Shown in pieces: positions 1 to 10,502 of a stretch of DNA of 64,000 nucleotides (position 1 is its first letter; the number at the start of each line of letters is the position of its first letter). The stretch is from positions 29,444 through 93,443 of the forward strand of contig JAVZLK010000006.1 of assembly GCA_038883795.1 (NCBI GenBank), read 5' to 3'. Made by a program: the position numbers and the translations under genes. Origin of the DNA: Candidatus Bathyarchaeia archaeon. Lineage in GTDB: Archaea > Thermoproteota > Bathyarchaeia > Bathyarchaeales > Bathycorpusculaceae. Below the pieces are notes generated by a model that ran no database searches, was not told the DNA's origin, and saw only the letters and a list, made by a program, of their open reading frames with translations.

Positions 1-2
1 GA

Positions 3-1271
3 GAGGATTTGGCTTGGCTTGGATGCAAACCTGATGAGGAGTATATTCAAAGCGACAGAATCCCAATTTATTATGAGTTTGCTGAAAGATTGCTTCGAGA
101 AGGTAATGCTTATGTTTGTACATGCCCACCAGAACAGTTTAGAAAGAAAATATTAGCCAGTCAGCCTTGCAAATGCCGCGATTTGTCGCCAGAAAAGCAG
201 CTTGAAAGATGGCAACACATGCTAAAAGGCGATTATAAAGAAGGTGAAGCCGTATTCCGAGTAAAAACGGATTTGAACCATCCAAACCCAGCCGTTAGGG
301 ACTGGCCAGCCCTCCGCATTATAGATTCCGAAAAATATCCGCATCCAAGGGTTGGAAGCAAATATCATGTTTGGCCACTCTACAATTTTGCTTGCGGTTT
401 AGACGACCACCTCATGGGTGTAACCCACATAATCCGAGGTAAAGAGCATTTAACAAACATGGTTCGGCAAGAATACATGTATAAGTATTTGGGATGGCAA
501 TACCCAGAAGCCATACATTATGGAAGGCTTAAAATAACTAGAGCGTCGCTAAGCAAATCAAAAATAGTTCAAGGAATAAGGGAGGGCCTCTATAAAGATT
601 GGGATGACCCCCGCTTGGCAACTTTTGCAGCCTTGCGAAGACGTGGAATTACGCCTGAAGCCATTAAGAAAATGATAGTTGATGTTGGACCCAAAACTTC
701 AGATGTGATTTTAAGCTGGGAAAACTTGTACGCTTATAACCGTAAAATCTTGGACGCATCAGCCGACAGATACTTTTTCGTAAATAACCCCATAGAATTA
801 ACAGTAAAGCAGATTCCAAAAGAGTTTAGAGCAAGGCTTCCCTTGCATCCGGAACACCCTGAAAGAGGCTATAGAGAATACGCCATAAAACCCAAAGAAA
901 AGGGGAACATCGCAACTTTTTGGGTTTCAAAGATGGATGTGGAAGTTTCAAAAATCGGCAATGTTATACGCTTGATGGAGTTATTTAATGTGAAAATCGA
1001 AAAAGTAGAGGCATATTCTGCAGAAGCATCCTTTGTCAGCGAATCCTACGAAGAAGCAAGAAAAGCCAAGGCTCAACTGATTCACTGGATACCTATAGGC
1101 GAGGACATGCCATGCCAAGTGGTAATGCCAGATGCCACAATAGCAGATGGCATAGCCGAAAACCTTTGCAAAAATCTGAAGCCAAACACCATAATACAGT
1201 TTGAAAGGTTCGGCTTTGTCAGAGTAGACAAGGTTAACATGAAATTGACAGCCTACTACACCCACAAGTAG
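3..1271 (+). CDS. gltX: Glutamate--tRNA ligase (5'-truncated at window edge)
   Basis: Frame open from window start; YxCxC Zn region, HIIRGKEH, LSKS (KMSKS-like), WDDPRL and QFERFGF motifs of archaeal GluRS. Confidence 0.95.
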   Translation, partial: EDLAWLGCKPDEEYIQSDRIPIYYEFAERLLREGNAYVCTCPPEQFRKKILASQPCKCRDLSPEKQLERWQHMLKGDYKEGEAVFRVKTDLNHPNPAVRDWPALRIIDSEKYPHPRVGSKYHVWPLYNFACGLDDHLMGVTHIIRGKEHLTNMVRQEYMYKYLGWQYPEAIHYGRLKITRASLSKSKIVQGIREGLYKDWDDPRLATFAALRRRGITPEAIKKMIVDVGPKTSDVILSWENLYAYNRKILDASADRYFFVNNPIELTVKQIPKEFRARLPLHPEHPERGYREYAIKPKEKGNIATFWVSKMDVEVSKIGNVIRLMELFNVKIEKVEAYSAEASFVSESYEEARKAKAQLIHWIPIGEDMPCQVVMPDATIADGIAENLCKNLKPNTIIQFERFGFVRVDKVNMKLTAYYTHK

Positions 1272-1283
1272 AGGTGAACTGAC

Positions 1284-1583
1284 ATGCGCAAAACAGAAAA
1301 AATAATTGTTTGGCCAGCATACTTCGACTCAACAAAAACAAGAAAAGAGGGTAGACGCGTTCCTAAAAATTTGGCGGTTCCATCGCCGAAGGTTTTGGAG
1401 TTAAAAGAAGCCGCTGAAAAAATTGGCTTGGAGTACGAAGTGGTTCCAGACTCTAGTTATCCAAAAACACCTTGGCAGAAAACGGGTATGCTACTAATAA
1501 AGAAGAGAGAAGCAAAGGCTCAGATAATTAAGAAAATTGCAAAACAGCTAGCAAAAATCCGAAGCACCATCACAACAAAATAG
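1284..1583 (+). CDS. srp19: Signal recognition particle protein SRP19
   Basis: IVWPAYFDS..TRKEGRRVPK..AV..P and YPKTPW motifs; GAGGTGA SD upstream. Confidence 0.95.
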   Translation: MRKTEKIIVWPAYFDSTKTRKEGRRVPKNLAVPSPKVLELKEAAEKIGLEYEVVPDSSYPKTPWQKTGMLLIKKREAKAQIIKKIAKQLAKIRSTITTK

Positions 1584-1590
1584 TATACGA

Positions 1591-1989
1591 TTAGCTCTTT
1601 TCTTCTTCGCCTAAAAGAACAGCATTTATTACTCCATCTTGCCCTGGGCGGGACGTAACGCGGGCTAAGCCCAAGGAGGTTTCGATTATTGCGCCTTTTG
1701 TTATTACGCCTCTCCGGTCGTAATCGATGTTAACTGGGTTTTTGGCAACACGGATAATTTCGACTTTTTCCGTTTTTCCACTTTTTGGGTCCGTTACGCA
1801 AGCATACTTATCGCTTAAAACCTTGATTTTTATGGTTCCGCCCCTTCCCTTAACTATTTTCTTTTTGGGTTCGCCAAGGGTTGTTTCTACTGGAAATCTT
1901 CCCTCTTCAAATTTTCTTTTGCTTCTATAGGCTCTTTTTCTGCCTCCTGAAGGCTTTCTCTTGTGTAAATCGCCATGCCAAACTGACAT
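1591..1989 (-). CDS. rps8e: 30S ribosomal protein S8e
   Basis: RKPSGG, GRGG, ITKGAII, TSRPGQDG motifs. Confidence 0.97.
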   Translation of the reverse strand: MSVWHGDLHKRKPSGGRKRAYRSKRKFEEGRFPVETTLGEPKKKIVKGRGGTIKIKVLSDKYACVTDPKSGKTEKVEIIRVAKNPVNIDYDRRGVITKGAIIETSLGLARVTSRPGQDGVINAVLLGEEEKS

Positions 1990-2048
1990 TGCTCATTTCC
2001 CTTTTTAATCTTAAGTGTTCACTAACACCGTCTTTTACGCATATAAAC

Positions 2049-2660
2049 CTATCCATGCTGAGAGTGAGGCTTCTCTTGTTTTGAGTAATCTTCAAAAACA
2101 TGTTTCAACTCTTTTTTCATGACAGTAACATCGTGGCTTAAACCGAAATAATCCGCAAAATATTCTGTTGTTCTAAGAACTGTTGAACGCCCGCTTCTTT
2201 CAGCAGAAACTAAACCCATTTCCTTTAACATTCTTATGTGAATGTAAGCGTGGTGTCCCCGAACCTCAACAACTCTTTTCTGGGATACAGGTTGTCTATA
2301 GGCTATGTAGGAGAGGGTTTTCAAAGGACCAAGGGAAAGCAATGGTCTGTTGACAAATTTTCTAACATAAGGCGTGAAATCGGCTTTCAACTGCAAAACA
2401 TACCGTTCATCTTTTAACTCCAAAATTTCAAGGGCTGTATTCCTATTCGCATAAGCTTTCATAAGCTCTTTGGCAAGCTTTCTAACCTTATTCTTGGAAC
2501 GAGTTTTCAAAACCGAACATAATTCGTTTAAGTTTAATGGACGTCCAGCCACATATAGCGCAGCCTCTAAGAGAGCTAAGTCGTGCTCCATTTTCTCCGC
2601 ATTTTGCCCTTTAAAGGATTCAGTGCTCAAATTAAGTGCTGGTTTCTCCGCCTTCTGCAA
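2049..2660 (-). CDS. scpB: Segregation/condensation protein B (start may be ATG at 2591)
   Basis: LEAALY, TLSYIAYRQPV, TTEYFADYFGL; follows scpA and smc. Confidence 0.93.
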   Translation of the reverse strand: MQKAEKPALNLSTESFKGQNAEKMEHDLALLEAALYVAGRPLNLNELCSVLKTRSKNKVRKLAKELMKAYANRNTALEILELKDERYVLQLKADFTPYVRKFVNRPLLSLGPLKTLSYIAYRQPVSQKRVVEVRGHHAYIHIRMLKEMGLVSAERSGRSTVLRTTEYFADYFGLSHDVTVMKKELKHVFEDYSKQEKPHSQHG

Positions 2661-3330
2661 GTTTCAAATCCCCAATAGTTATGTATATTTCCTCGGTTTC
2701 TTCGTTCTGCCAGAGGCTTACTTTTCCATTCTGCGCCAAAAACAACAAAAGAATAAAATCACGGATAGCTTCAAGGCGGCTTAAACCCTTTATGAAAGCT
2801 GAAAACTCGATTATTCCTGCCCCCTTAACCCTTTCCGCAAGAGAGGCGTAAAGCTTCTCCATCTGCACCTCAATTTCCATCAAATATAAGTCTAGTTGAG
2901 GCAGAATTTCGGAAGGTGTTGGAAGAACACTTTCCTCAACAACTTTTTCAAAACGAACCAAACCTTCACTTTTTAAGACGTCATCTAAAACTTCCAGCAG
3001 ATGCCTTATTGTAGTTGAAGTTAATTCATGCCTAAGGGGCAAAAACAAGGGTGGCGGAATAAAATCCTGCGGAGTTTTTGGCGGTGGCGGCTCTTCAAGT
3101 TTTAACAAAAGTTTAGATTTCATTAGGTATATGAGGGCTGAAGAATCAAGCGCCACACCGGAGGCCCTAAAATCTATCTGCCCGGATTTTTCCATCTCTT
3201 CAAGAAAGCTTGTCAATAAATAGGCAATGTTAATGTGCCAGGGAGTAAGCCTCTCAAGCTTATGAAAATCAAACAGAATATTCCATGGAGGACGAAGATA
3301 AAATGGCTTTTTGACCGCTGTGGTTGCCAT
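2632..3330 (-). CDS. scpA: Segregation/condensation protein A (kleisin)
   Basis: PWHINI, ASGVALDSSALIYLMKS, C-terminal FILLLFLAQNGKVSLWQ winged helix; between smc and scpB. Confidence 0.9.
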   Translation of the reverse strand: MATTAVKKPFYLRPPWNILFDFHKLERLTPWHINIAYLLTSFLEEMEKSGQIDFRASGVALDSSALIYLMKSKLLLKLEEPPPPKTPQDFIPPPLFLPLRHELTSTTIRHLLEVLDDVLKSEGLVRFEKVVEESVLPTPSEILPQLDLYLMEIEVQMEKLYASLAERVKGAGIIEFSAFIKGLSRLEAIRDFILLLFLAQNGKVSLWQNEETEEIYITIGDLKLAEGGETST

Positions 3331-6300
3331 CAGCTCGGCACCTCTAAGAACTTAGCTGAAATAACATTTGAAACGCCGTTGCGTTCATAAACTCCATAAA
3401 CCTTCTGAGCTTTATTCACCATTTCAGGCTTCAAAGTTATGACTATAAACTGGGTTTTTTCAGACTCCTCTACAAGGAGGTCGGCAAGCTTTGAAACGTG
3501 GAAGGCATCTAAGTGAGCGTCTATTTCATCGAGAATGTAGAAGGATGTTGGCGTAATCTCCTTAAGCGTGAAAAGGAAAGCGACAGCCGCAACAGAGCGT
3601 TCACCGCCGCTTGCTCCGCTCACAACTATGGAAGGCTTGTGGGGAAACTGAACTATCATGTCGATGCCGCCAGAAAATGGGGCGTCGGGATTCTCAAGCT
3701 TCAAGGTGGCATTTCCCCCGCCAGTAAGTTTTGAAAAGTATTTTTGTAGGTTGGCGTTAATTTTTTCAAAGGCTTCCATGAAGACTTTTCTTTTCTTCTT
3801 TTCAATTTCATCCATAAACTGGACTATGGCTTGCTTTTCCCTTTCCAGCTCGTTCAACCTTAGGGATAGTTCCTTATACCGTGAAATTTGTTCGGCATAG
3901 TGCGACAAGGCAAGCTGGTTCACAGCACCTATTCTTTCAAGCTCAAACTTCATCATCCTCATTGACAATTCGGCTTCTTCAACCTGCTTAGGCGTTACTT
4001 CTAATGGTTGTTCGTAGCCAAGCTGTTTAAGCTCGTTTCTGTACTGCTCAAGCTGAAGCAGAGAAGTTTGGATGTTGAGTTGAAGCTGGTTTAATAAGCG
4101 GTCGGCTTGCTCGTATTCTGAGTCAAGCTTTCTGAGCTCCTTATCTATATCATCTATTTGGGCAGTGAACTTTTTGGCTTCCTCCCTCGCAGAGAAAACT
4201 GTTTTAGAAAGTTCAATGCGGCTTTTCTCCAGCTCTGAAAGCTCTTGCTTTAGCGATTCCCGTTCCTGCAATGCGTCAGCAACTTCCTTCTCAACCCTTC
4301 TCAATTGCTGTTCAACTTTTGCAAGTTCAATTTTCGCGTTTTTGTAGCCAACTCTTAAAACATTGTCGAATTGGGATTGGAGGGTTGAAATTTCAGTTTG
4401 AAGTGTGCCCAGCTTCTGTCTTAAAATGATAATTTCTTCTGAGAGTTTCTCTCTTTTAACTTCTAACTCTTGAATGTGTGATGGGTCTGTTTTGCGCCTA
4501 AGAGAAGTTAGCTCATCTTGAAGTTTCCTTAACTCTTTTTGGATGGAGCTCCTTTCAGCCTTGTTCAGCCACATCTGAGCTTTTTCATCCTCAATTTCCT
4601 TCTCAAACTTTGCAATGTAACGGTCAACCCTTCGAACGTTGCCCCTTGTCCTTTTAACGCTTCTTTTAACCCTCGCAATTTCCCTATCTAGGGTGGTTAT
4701 AGCTTCAGATAAGCGTGCAATTTCAACACGGGTCTTGTCTATCTCCTCTTCAAAAGAAGCAATGTCACTTGTTCTTCGTGAGAGATGCTGTTGAAGGGCG
4801 TTAACGGCTTCGTCGAGACTTTTTATGGCTACCTCGCTTGGAATAATTGCGGAAAAGTCGATTGGAGCCCGATAGTAGCCGCCTTCGAGAGCAGCCCCTC
4901 CTGCCTCATAAAGGTCTCCATTAACCGTAACTGCCCTGTAGCCTTCGCTTGATAGTGCAAAGGCAGTTTTATCATCAGAAACAATTAGCGTGTCGCCGAA
5001 AACATAGTTTATGGCTGGTTCGTAATGTTTTTCGCATTTTATGAAATAGGGGGCTAGGCCGTTTATTCCCTCTTTTTCTGGGATTTTTATGGTTTTAGGA
5101 GTTAACGTTCCTTGTAGGGGGATTATTTTTACTCTTCCCAACTTCATTCTTCTTAAAGTTTCTGCGCAGGTGAAGGCTGAATCAAAATCCTTAACAACTA
5201 TGGCATCGAGCCATCCAGCAGCTGCGGCCTCAATTGCTTGTTGATAAGCCTTGTCAATTTTGACAAGCTTGCGGAGCCTTCCATAAACGCCTGGAATTAC
5301 ACCTAATTCGCCTAATTCTTCTATGCTTCTCAGGGCTTTTTCTTCTGAGGCTACTGTTTCTGCAATTTCTCTTTGTGTGGCAAACTCTACAACGGCTGCA
5401 CGGGCGGAATCTGCTATTTTTCCAGCTTCAGCTATTTCCCTTTCTATGGCTTCTTTTTGGGCGATTCTCCGCTCAAGCATCCGCTCCAAATTTTTAAGCT
5501 GAGTTTTCTGCTCCTTCTGTACCTTTTCAAGCTCAGCTAAAGATTTTTCAAGGTCACTTAGTGTAGATGTGAATCTTTCTCTGCGGTCCTTTAGATCCTT
5601 AAGCCGTCTGGTGCGGATTTTAATGGCTGTTTCATGCTTTACTTGTTCAGTTTTTAAGTAGGCAAGTTTTTTGTTGTGACTGCTGATTTGCTGTTCTATT
5701 TCGCGGATTCTTTTGCTGTTTTCTCCTAGATTCTCCCAGAGTTGAGCGGCTTCAGCTGCCAAAGCGTCATGTTCAGCCTGTTTTGCTTTTATTCGACTGG
5801 AAATTTCTTCATGCTCGGTTCTTAACTGTTTTATTTTGAGGCGGTTTGCGTGAATTTCTTTTCTTATGGATTCATACTGTTGAAGAGTGTTTTCCCTAAT
5901 CCGTTTTAAGCCTTCAAGGGTTGTTTTTCCAGAGGTTATTTTGGTTGTTAATTCGGTAAGTTTTGATTTTAACTCGCCTATTCTTATTTGAACCTTTAAT
6001 ACTTGGGAACCGCCTTCTTCGACGATTTCTGAGCTTAATTTTCGCCATTCACCTTCCACTTCTCTTCTCTTTAATCTATACTTCTCTCGAAGTTCCCTCA
6101 ATTTTTCAACTTTGCTTCGGATGCTATCGGCTTGGGAGGAAATTTCCTTCACTTTCTTTTGTAGCTGCGCCATGTCATGCGACAGCTTCACGGTTTCAAA
6201 CTTTTTTATCTCTTCCTGGAGAAAATTGTACCTTAAAAGTTGGTTGCGTTCCCTTTCTAAGTCATCCACTCTCTTTTGCACTTCGTCTATTCTGCCCATG

Positions 6301-6884
6301 GCAGTACTTATGGAAAGGTCTGCCGCCCGAAGTTTTTCTTCAGCTTCAGCCTTTTCAGCATCATACTGGGCTATGCCAACCAAATCCTCAATAATTTTCC
6401 TCCGTTCAATCGGCGAAATATCAGTCAATCGGGTTATTGTGCCCTGTAAGATTATGTTTTGGCTTGTGGAGCTTAACCCAGCCATGGAAAGAATTTCTAA
6501 GATGTGCGCTCTTGAGATTCTTCTGCCATTAAGCCTATACACGCTTTGTCCGTTTCTGTAAACCTCTCTTGAAATGGTAACGGTTGCTGTGTCAACGGGC
6601 ATGCGTCCATCAGAATTGTCAAATTGAATTATGACTTTAGCCATCTTCGCCCTTTCCAGTCCAGCCTTCTCAGAGCCGTGAAAAATTAGTTTTGCAGCAT
6701 TTTCCGCCCGAAGCCTTCTTGTGCTTAATTCGCCTAAAGCGAATAGGGTTGCGTCAACAATGTTTGTTTTTCCGCTGCCATTTGGACCAGTAATTGCCGT
6801 GAAACCCTTATCTAACACTACTTTAACGGTTTGCGGACCGAAAGATTTGAAGCCTTTAAGCTCAATTTTTTTAATGTAGGGCAT
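3330..6884 (-). CDS. smc: Chromosome segregation protein SMC
   Basis: GFKSF, Walker A GPNGSGKT, long coiled coils, hinge (GVYG..L; G..GG), SGGERS signature, LDEIDAHLD Walker B. Confidence 0.98.
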   Translation of the reverse strand: MPYIKKIELKGFKSFGPQTVKVVLDKGFTAITGPNGSGKTNIVDATLFALGELSTRRLRAENAAKLIFHGSEKAGLERAKMAKVIIQFDNSDGRMPVDTATVTISREVYRNGQSVYRLNGRRISRAHILEILSMAGLSSTSQNIILQGTITRLTDISPIERRKIIEDLVGIAQYDAEKAEAEEKLRAADLSISTAMGRIDEVQKRVDDLERERNQLLRYNFLQEEIKKFETVKLSHDMAQLQKKVKEISSQADSIRSKVEKLRELREKYRLKRREVEGEWRKLSSEIVEEGGSQVLKVQIRIGELKSKLTELTTKITSGKTTLEGLKRIRENTLQQYESIRKEIHANRLKIKQLRTEHEEISSRIKAKQAEHDALAAEAAQLWENLGENSKRIREIEQQISSHNKKLAYLKTEQVKHETAIKIRTRRLKDLKDRRERFTSTLSDLEKSLAELEKVQKEQKTQLKNLERMLERRIAQKEAIEREIAEAGKIADSARAAVVEFATQREIAETVASEEKALRSIEELGELGVIPGVYGRLRKLVKIDKAYQQAIEAAAAGWLDAIVVKDFDSAFTCAETLRRMKLGRVKIIPLQGTLTPKTIKIPEKEGINGLAPYFIKCEKHYEPAINYVFGDTLIVSDDKTAFALSSEGYRAVTVNGDLYEAGGAALEGGYYRAPIDFSAIIPSEVAIKSLDEAVNALQQHLSRRTSDIASFEEEIDKTRVEIARLSEAITTLDREIARVKRSVKRTRGNVRRVDRYIAKFEKEIEDEKAQMWLNKAERSSIQKELRKLQDELTSLRRKTDPSHIQELEVKREKLSEEIIILRQKLGTLQTEISTLQSQFDNVLRVGYKNAKIELAKVEQQLRRVEKEVADALQERESLKQELSELEKSRIELSKTVFSAREEAKKFTAQIDDIDKELRKLDSEYEQADRLLNQLQLNIQTSLLQLEQYRNELKQLGYEQPLEVTPKQVEEAELSMRMMKFELERIGAVNQLALSHYAEQISRYKELSLRLNELEREKQAIVQFMDEIEKKKRKVFMEAFEKINANLQKYFSKLTGGGNATLKLENPDAPFSGGIDMIVQFPHKPSIVVSGASGGERSVAAVAFLFTLKEITPTSFYILDEIDAHLDAFHVSKLADLLVEESEKTQFIVITLKPEMVNKAQKVYGVYERNGVSNVISAKFLEVPS

Positions 6885-7024
6885 TCAGTTTACGCCCTCA
6901 CCTTCCCCGAAAGATGAATTTTATCTTGTAATAGACACTTTTGTATGATTTTTCTATAAAAGTGTTTACAGCGTCAAGCTTTAACGGTTATGTACTTTTT
7001 AACGCTATTTTTCAGCTTCTAACA

Positions 7025-7522
7025 CTATTTTTTAGCCATTTTCTTGACAAACTCTTTTAGGTATACGTCTTCGCCATAAACAAGCAGACAACCATCGCTT
7101 TGAAGTTCCCAAGATAAGTTTGATTCTTTAGCTAACATTTTCAATTTTTCTAGGGGCAATTCAGCAGAAGGTTTAACTCGAATCCATTTTTGCTCCCGCG
7201 GCAAACCAGGAACAAACCTTGTTTCTTCCTCTTCCAAGTCTGGAATACGCATGCTGGCTTCGTCTAACCTTTTAAGCCACTTATTCACATATTCAACCCC
7301 AAAATTTTTCTGCCCTTCAGATATGAGGTAAGATTCCACGTTGCTGAGGTATTCCTCAATTTTTTGCATAGTTTCTCCGCGGGATGGGTCTGCCTTTAAA
7401 ATTTTAATCATTGTTCTGGCAGACTTTAGGTTATCCATAATCTCTGCTGGAATTTTTATGCTCTTTTTTCGAAATTCTAAAATCATTTCTTCCAAAACTT
7501 TCCAAACAGCCAAATAACCCAC
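7025..7522 (-). CDS. DUF2096-family conserved archaeal protein
   Basis: WKVLEEMI, L..A...I, F.PG.PR motifs resemble DUF2096. Confidence 0.7.
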   Translation of the reverse strand: MGYLAVWKVLEEMILEFRKKSIKIPAEIMDNLKSARTMIKILKADPSRGETMQKIEEYLSNVESYLISEGQKNFGVEYVNKWLKRLDEASMRIPDLEEEETRFVPGLPREQKWIRVKPSAELPLEKLKMLAKESNLSWELQSDGCLLVYGEDVYLKEFVKKMAKK

Positions 7523-7598
7523 ATTAATCTCCCATTCTTTTGGATATAATTCGCACTATAAAGATTTGCCGCCGCCATATTAAACACCGTCTAACCAT

Positions 7599-7997
7599 TT
7601 ACATGCACTTCAGCGCATTTGTTGTTAAGCATAGCTCACATTTTTCCATGTCAAGGGCGGGGTTGAAGTTTTTGTGTAGTTGGCATAATAGTCCTTTGGC
7701 GCGAATCGTTCTACAGATTTCGCAGAACCTTTGAATGAATTCTTTATGGGATAAATTGCCTTTGGCTAATGCATCCGCCAGATTCTCTATTAATTTTGTG
7801 ATTTCTGGCTCGTTTTCTAGGTTTAGGGCTTTGCCGCGCATTTTTCTTTCGTATAGGCTTATGGCTGGTTGGCTTATTCCTAATCGTTTAGCTGCCTCTT
7901 CCTGTGTTAGGTTATGTTTTGTGGTTAATGTTTTGGCTATTAGGGCTCGGACTGGGGGTAAGAGGCATTTTACTGCTACTTCGCATGGGATTAGCAT
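7599..7997 (-). CDS. Cys-rich HTH transcriptional regulator
   Basis: Start at ATG 7997 (MLIPCEV) after AGGAG; LTQEEAAKRLGISQPAISLY HTH; C-terminal FCEIC/LCQLH/CELC; divergent from fprA. Confidence 0.85.
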   Translation of the reverse strand: MLIPCEVAVKCLLPPVRALIAKTLTTKHNLTQEEAAKRLGISQPAISLYERKMRGKALNLENEPEITKLIENLADALAKGNLSHKEFIQRFCEICRTIRAKGLLCQLHKNFNPALDMEKCELCLTTNALKCM

Positions 7998-8029
7998 TTT
8001 ATGTTGTCTCCTATGTGTATTGTGTAGAA

Positions 8030-8061
8030 AGGTATAAATATACTTTATTACAATTGTAATA
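8030..8061. promoter_or_regulatory. TATA box and perfect 16-bp palindromic operator between regulator and fprA
   Basis: TATAAATA at 8033-8040; TATTACAATTGTAATA at 8046-8061 is its own reverse complement. Confidence 0.7.
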
Positions 8062-8085
8062 TTCAAAAAATGGAGAAAACAAAAA

Positions 8086-9270
8086 ATGAGTTGGAGAAAC
8101 ATAACCGAAATCTCAAAAGGCATATACTGGGTCGGCGCCAGAGACTGGAACCGCAGACTTTTCGACGCCCTAATCCCACTTCCAAAAGGAACAACTTACA
8201 ACGCCTACCTCATAATCGGCAATAACAAAAAAGCATTAATAGACACAGTTAACCCGGGCTTTGAAAAAGAACTTGAAGAAAAAACACGCCTTGTAATGGA
8301 TCCAGCCGAAATTGATTACATAATAATGAACCATGCCGAACCAGACCACGCTGGCGCCATACCTTACATGATGGAAATAAGCAGCAAAGCCAAATTAATA
8401 ACTTCCATTAAAGGCGCAAAAATGGCCCAAACCTTCTACAAAGTGCCAGAAAACCGCATAATTGCAGTTAAAGACCAAGAAAAAATAAGCTTAGGCGATA
8501 AAACCCTCCAATTCATCGAAGCGCCGATGCTTCATTGGCCAGAAACAATGTTCACATACGCGCAAGAAAACAAAATATTGTTTCCATGCGATTTCTTCGG
8601 TTCCCATATAGCCAAGGGGTTATATGATGATGAAGTGGAAGATTTGCTTGTTCACGCCCAAAGATATTTCGGCGAAATAATGATGCCTTTCAGGGTTATG
8701 GGACAAAAAGCCATAGAAAAAATAAAGGGTTTAGAAATTGAGATGATAGCCCCAAGCCACGGACCCATCCACAAAAATCCAGAACATATTTTAAACGCTT
8801 ATAAAAGGTGGGTTAACGGCGAAACAAGGCAAAAAGCCATAATCGTTTATGCAACCATGTGGAACAGCACGGAAAAAATGATTCAACCAATAACCGAAAC
8901 CCTCGCCTCCGAAGGCATAGAAATAGCCCTATACAATTTAGCCTCGGCGGATATTGGTGACGTAGCAAAAGATTTGGTGGATTCAAAAGCCATAGTCTTA
9001 GGAGCACCAACAGTATTAGGTGGAGCGCATCCCCTCGCAGTTTACGCCGCTTACCTCGTAAAGGCTTTACGTCCACCACTAAAATTTGGCGTCGTTTTAA
9101 GTTCTTATGGTTGGGGTGGAGGCGCCATAAAGCATGTGCAAGAAATTTTGGGTTCGTCAAAGTTGGAAGTTGTTGGAGCCTTGGAAATTAATGGTCCACC
9201 CACAGAAAACGACATTAAACAGATTATAAATATTGGAAAAGCGCTTGCCAAGAAAATCAAGGAAGAATAG
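8086..9270 (+). CDS. fprA: Flavodiiron protein (FprA-type O2/NO reductase)
   Basis: GTTYNAYL, NHAEPDHAG, LHWPE, PSHG diiron motifs plus flavodoxin domain (YATMWNSTE, SYGWGG). Confidence 0.95.
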   Translation: MSWRNITEISKGIYWVGARDWNRRLFDALIPLPKGTTYNAYLIIGNNKKALIDTVNPGFEKELEEKTRLVMDPAEIDYIIMNHAEPDHAGAIPYMMEISSKAKLITSIKGAKMAQTFYKVPENRIIAVKDQEKISLGDKTLQFIEAPMLHWPETMFTYAQENKILFPCDFFGSHIAKGLYDDEVEDLLVHAQRYFGEIMMPFRVMGQKAIEKIKGLEIEMIAPSHGPIHKNPEHILNAYKRWVNGETRQKAIIVYATMWNSTEKMIQPITETLASEGIEIALYNLASADIGDVAKDLVDSKAIVLGAPTVLGGAHPLAVYAAYLVKALRPPLKFGVVLSSYGWGGGAIKHVQEILGSSKLEVVGALEINGPPTENDIKQIINIGKALAKKIKEE

Positions 9271-9272
9271 GC

Positions 9273-10496
9273 ATGAGCGAAATACCCGAAAACAAAAAGA
9301 AAATGTTAAAAGAAATAATTAGGCAGTTGCACGCTGGGGCGTCACCTCAAGAAGTTAAAGAGAGATTTAGACAAGTTTTAGAAGGCGTGAGCTCGTTAGA
9401 GATTGCAAAGATTGAAGAAGAACTCATAAGGGAAGGCATGCCAAGAGAAGAAATACAAAGACTATGCGATGTGCACATGGCAGTTTTCAGAGAACAACTT
9501 GAAAAGCAGAAACTCGCAGTTCCCACAGACCATCCAATCAACATTCTCATGGAAGAACACAAAATCATGCTCCAACTCGTAGAAAAACTTAATGTCATAG
9601 CAAACAAGATTCAAAAAATAAGCGACAAAACATACGTTACTGACGAAATACACAATTTGGAGCATATAGCCGCAGACTTCCGCGACTCTGAAAAACATTA
9701 TTTGCGGGAAGAAAATGTGCTTTTCCCATATTTAGAAAAACATGGAATTACTGAGCCACCAGCAATTATGTGGATGGAACACAACAAGATAAGGGAAGAA
9801 AAGAAAAAACTCAGCCAAATAATAGAGCGATATGCCAGCATAAGTTTTGAAGAGTTTAAAGGGCAATTTGCGGAAACAGCCGAAGCCCTAAACAGTATTC
9901 TTCCAAGTCACTTTTTCAAGGAAAACAACATTCTTTTCCCAACCGCCTTACGGGTTATAACAAGCCAGGAATGGAAAGAGATAAGAAGCGAATTTGATGA
10001 AATTGGATACTGCTGTTTCACACCTCCACACCTAATAGGAGCGCTGGCAATGGAAAAAATTGAAAAAGGAGAAGCGCCAGCTGAAGGAATATTACAGTTT
10101 GAAACTGGAACCTTGACAAAAGAAGAAGTTGAAGCATTGTTGGATACGCTTCCAGTTGACATAACATTTGTAGATAAAGAAGACACGGTCAAATACTTTA
10201 ACAAAGCAGAGAAAAGAGTCTTTGTTAGAACTAAGGCTGTAATAGGCAGAAAAGTGCAATTGTGCCATCCACAAAAAAGCATCCACATAGTAAACCGTAT
10301 CCTTGACTCATTTAAACAAGGCAAGAAGGATGTGGCTGAATTCTGGATTCAATTTAAAGACCGCCTAATACACATTAGATATTTTGCTGTTAGGGATAAG
10401 AATGGAAAGTATTTGGGAACCATGGAAGTGACCCAAGACATAACGGATATCAAGAAAATCGAGGGAGAGAAAAGACTTCTGGATTGGGAAGAATAA
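9273..10496 (+). CDS. DUF438 + hemerythrin + PAS domain protein
   Basis: LCDVH, HPI..L..EH, HYLREEN.LFP, MWMEH, KENNILFP, C-terminal PAS (LPVDITFVD, CHP). Confidence 0.9.
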   Translation: MSEIPENKKKMLKEIIRQLHAGASPQEVKERFRQVLEGVSSLEIAKIEEELIREGMPREEIQRLCDVHMAVFREQLEKQKLAVPTDHPINILMEEHKIMLQLVEKLNVIANKIQKISDKTYVTDEIHNLEHIAADFRDSEKHYLREENVLFPYLEKHGITEPPAIMWMEHNKIREEKKKLSQIIERYASISFEEFKGQFAETAEALNSILPSHFFKENNILFPTALRVITSQEWKEIRSEFDEIGYCCFTPPHLIGALAMEKIEKGEAPAEGILQFETGTLTKEEVEALLDTLPVDITFVDKEDTVKYFNKAEKRVFVRTKAVIGRKVQLCHPQKSIHIVNRILDSFKQGKKDVAEFWIQFKDRLIHIRYFAVRDKNGKYLGTMEVTQDITDIKKIEGEKRLLDWEE

Positions 10497-10502
10497 CCGC
10501 CC

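Noticed and set aside
1271-2049. SRP (7S) RNA gene near srp19/rps8e
   Set aside because: No room: the gaps are 12, 7 and 59 nt.
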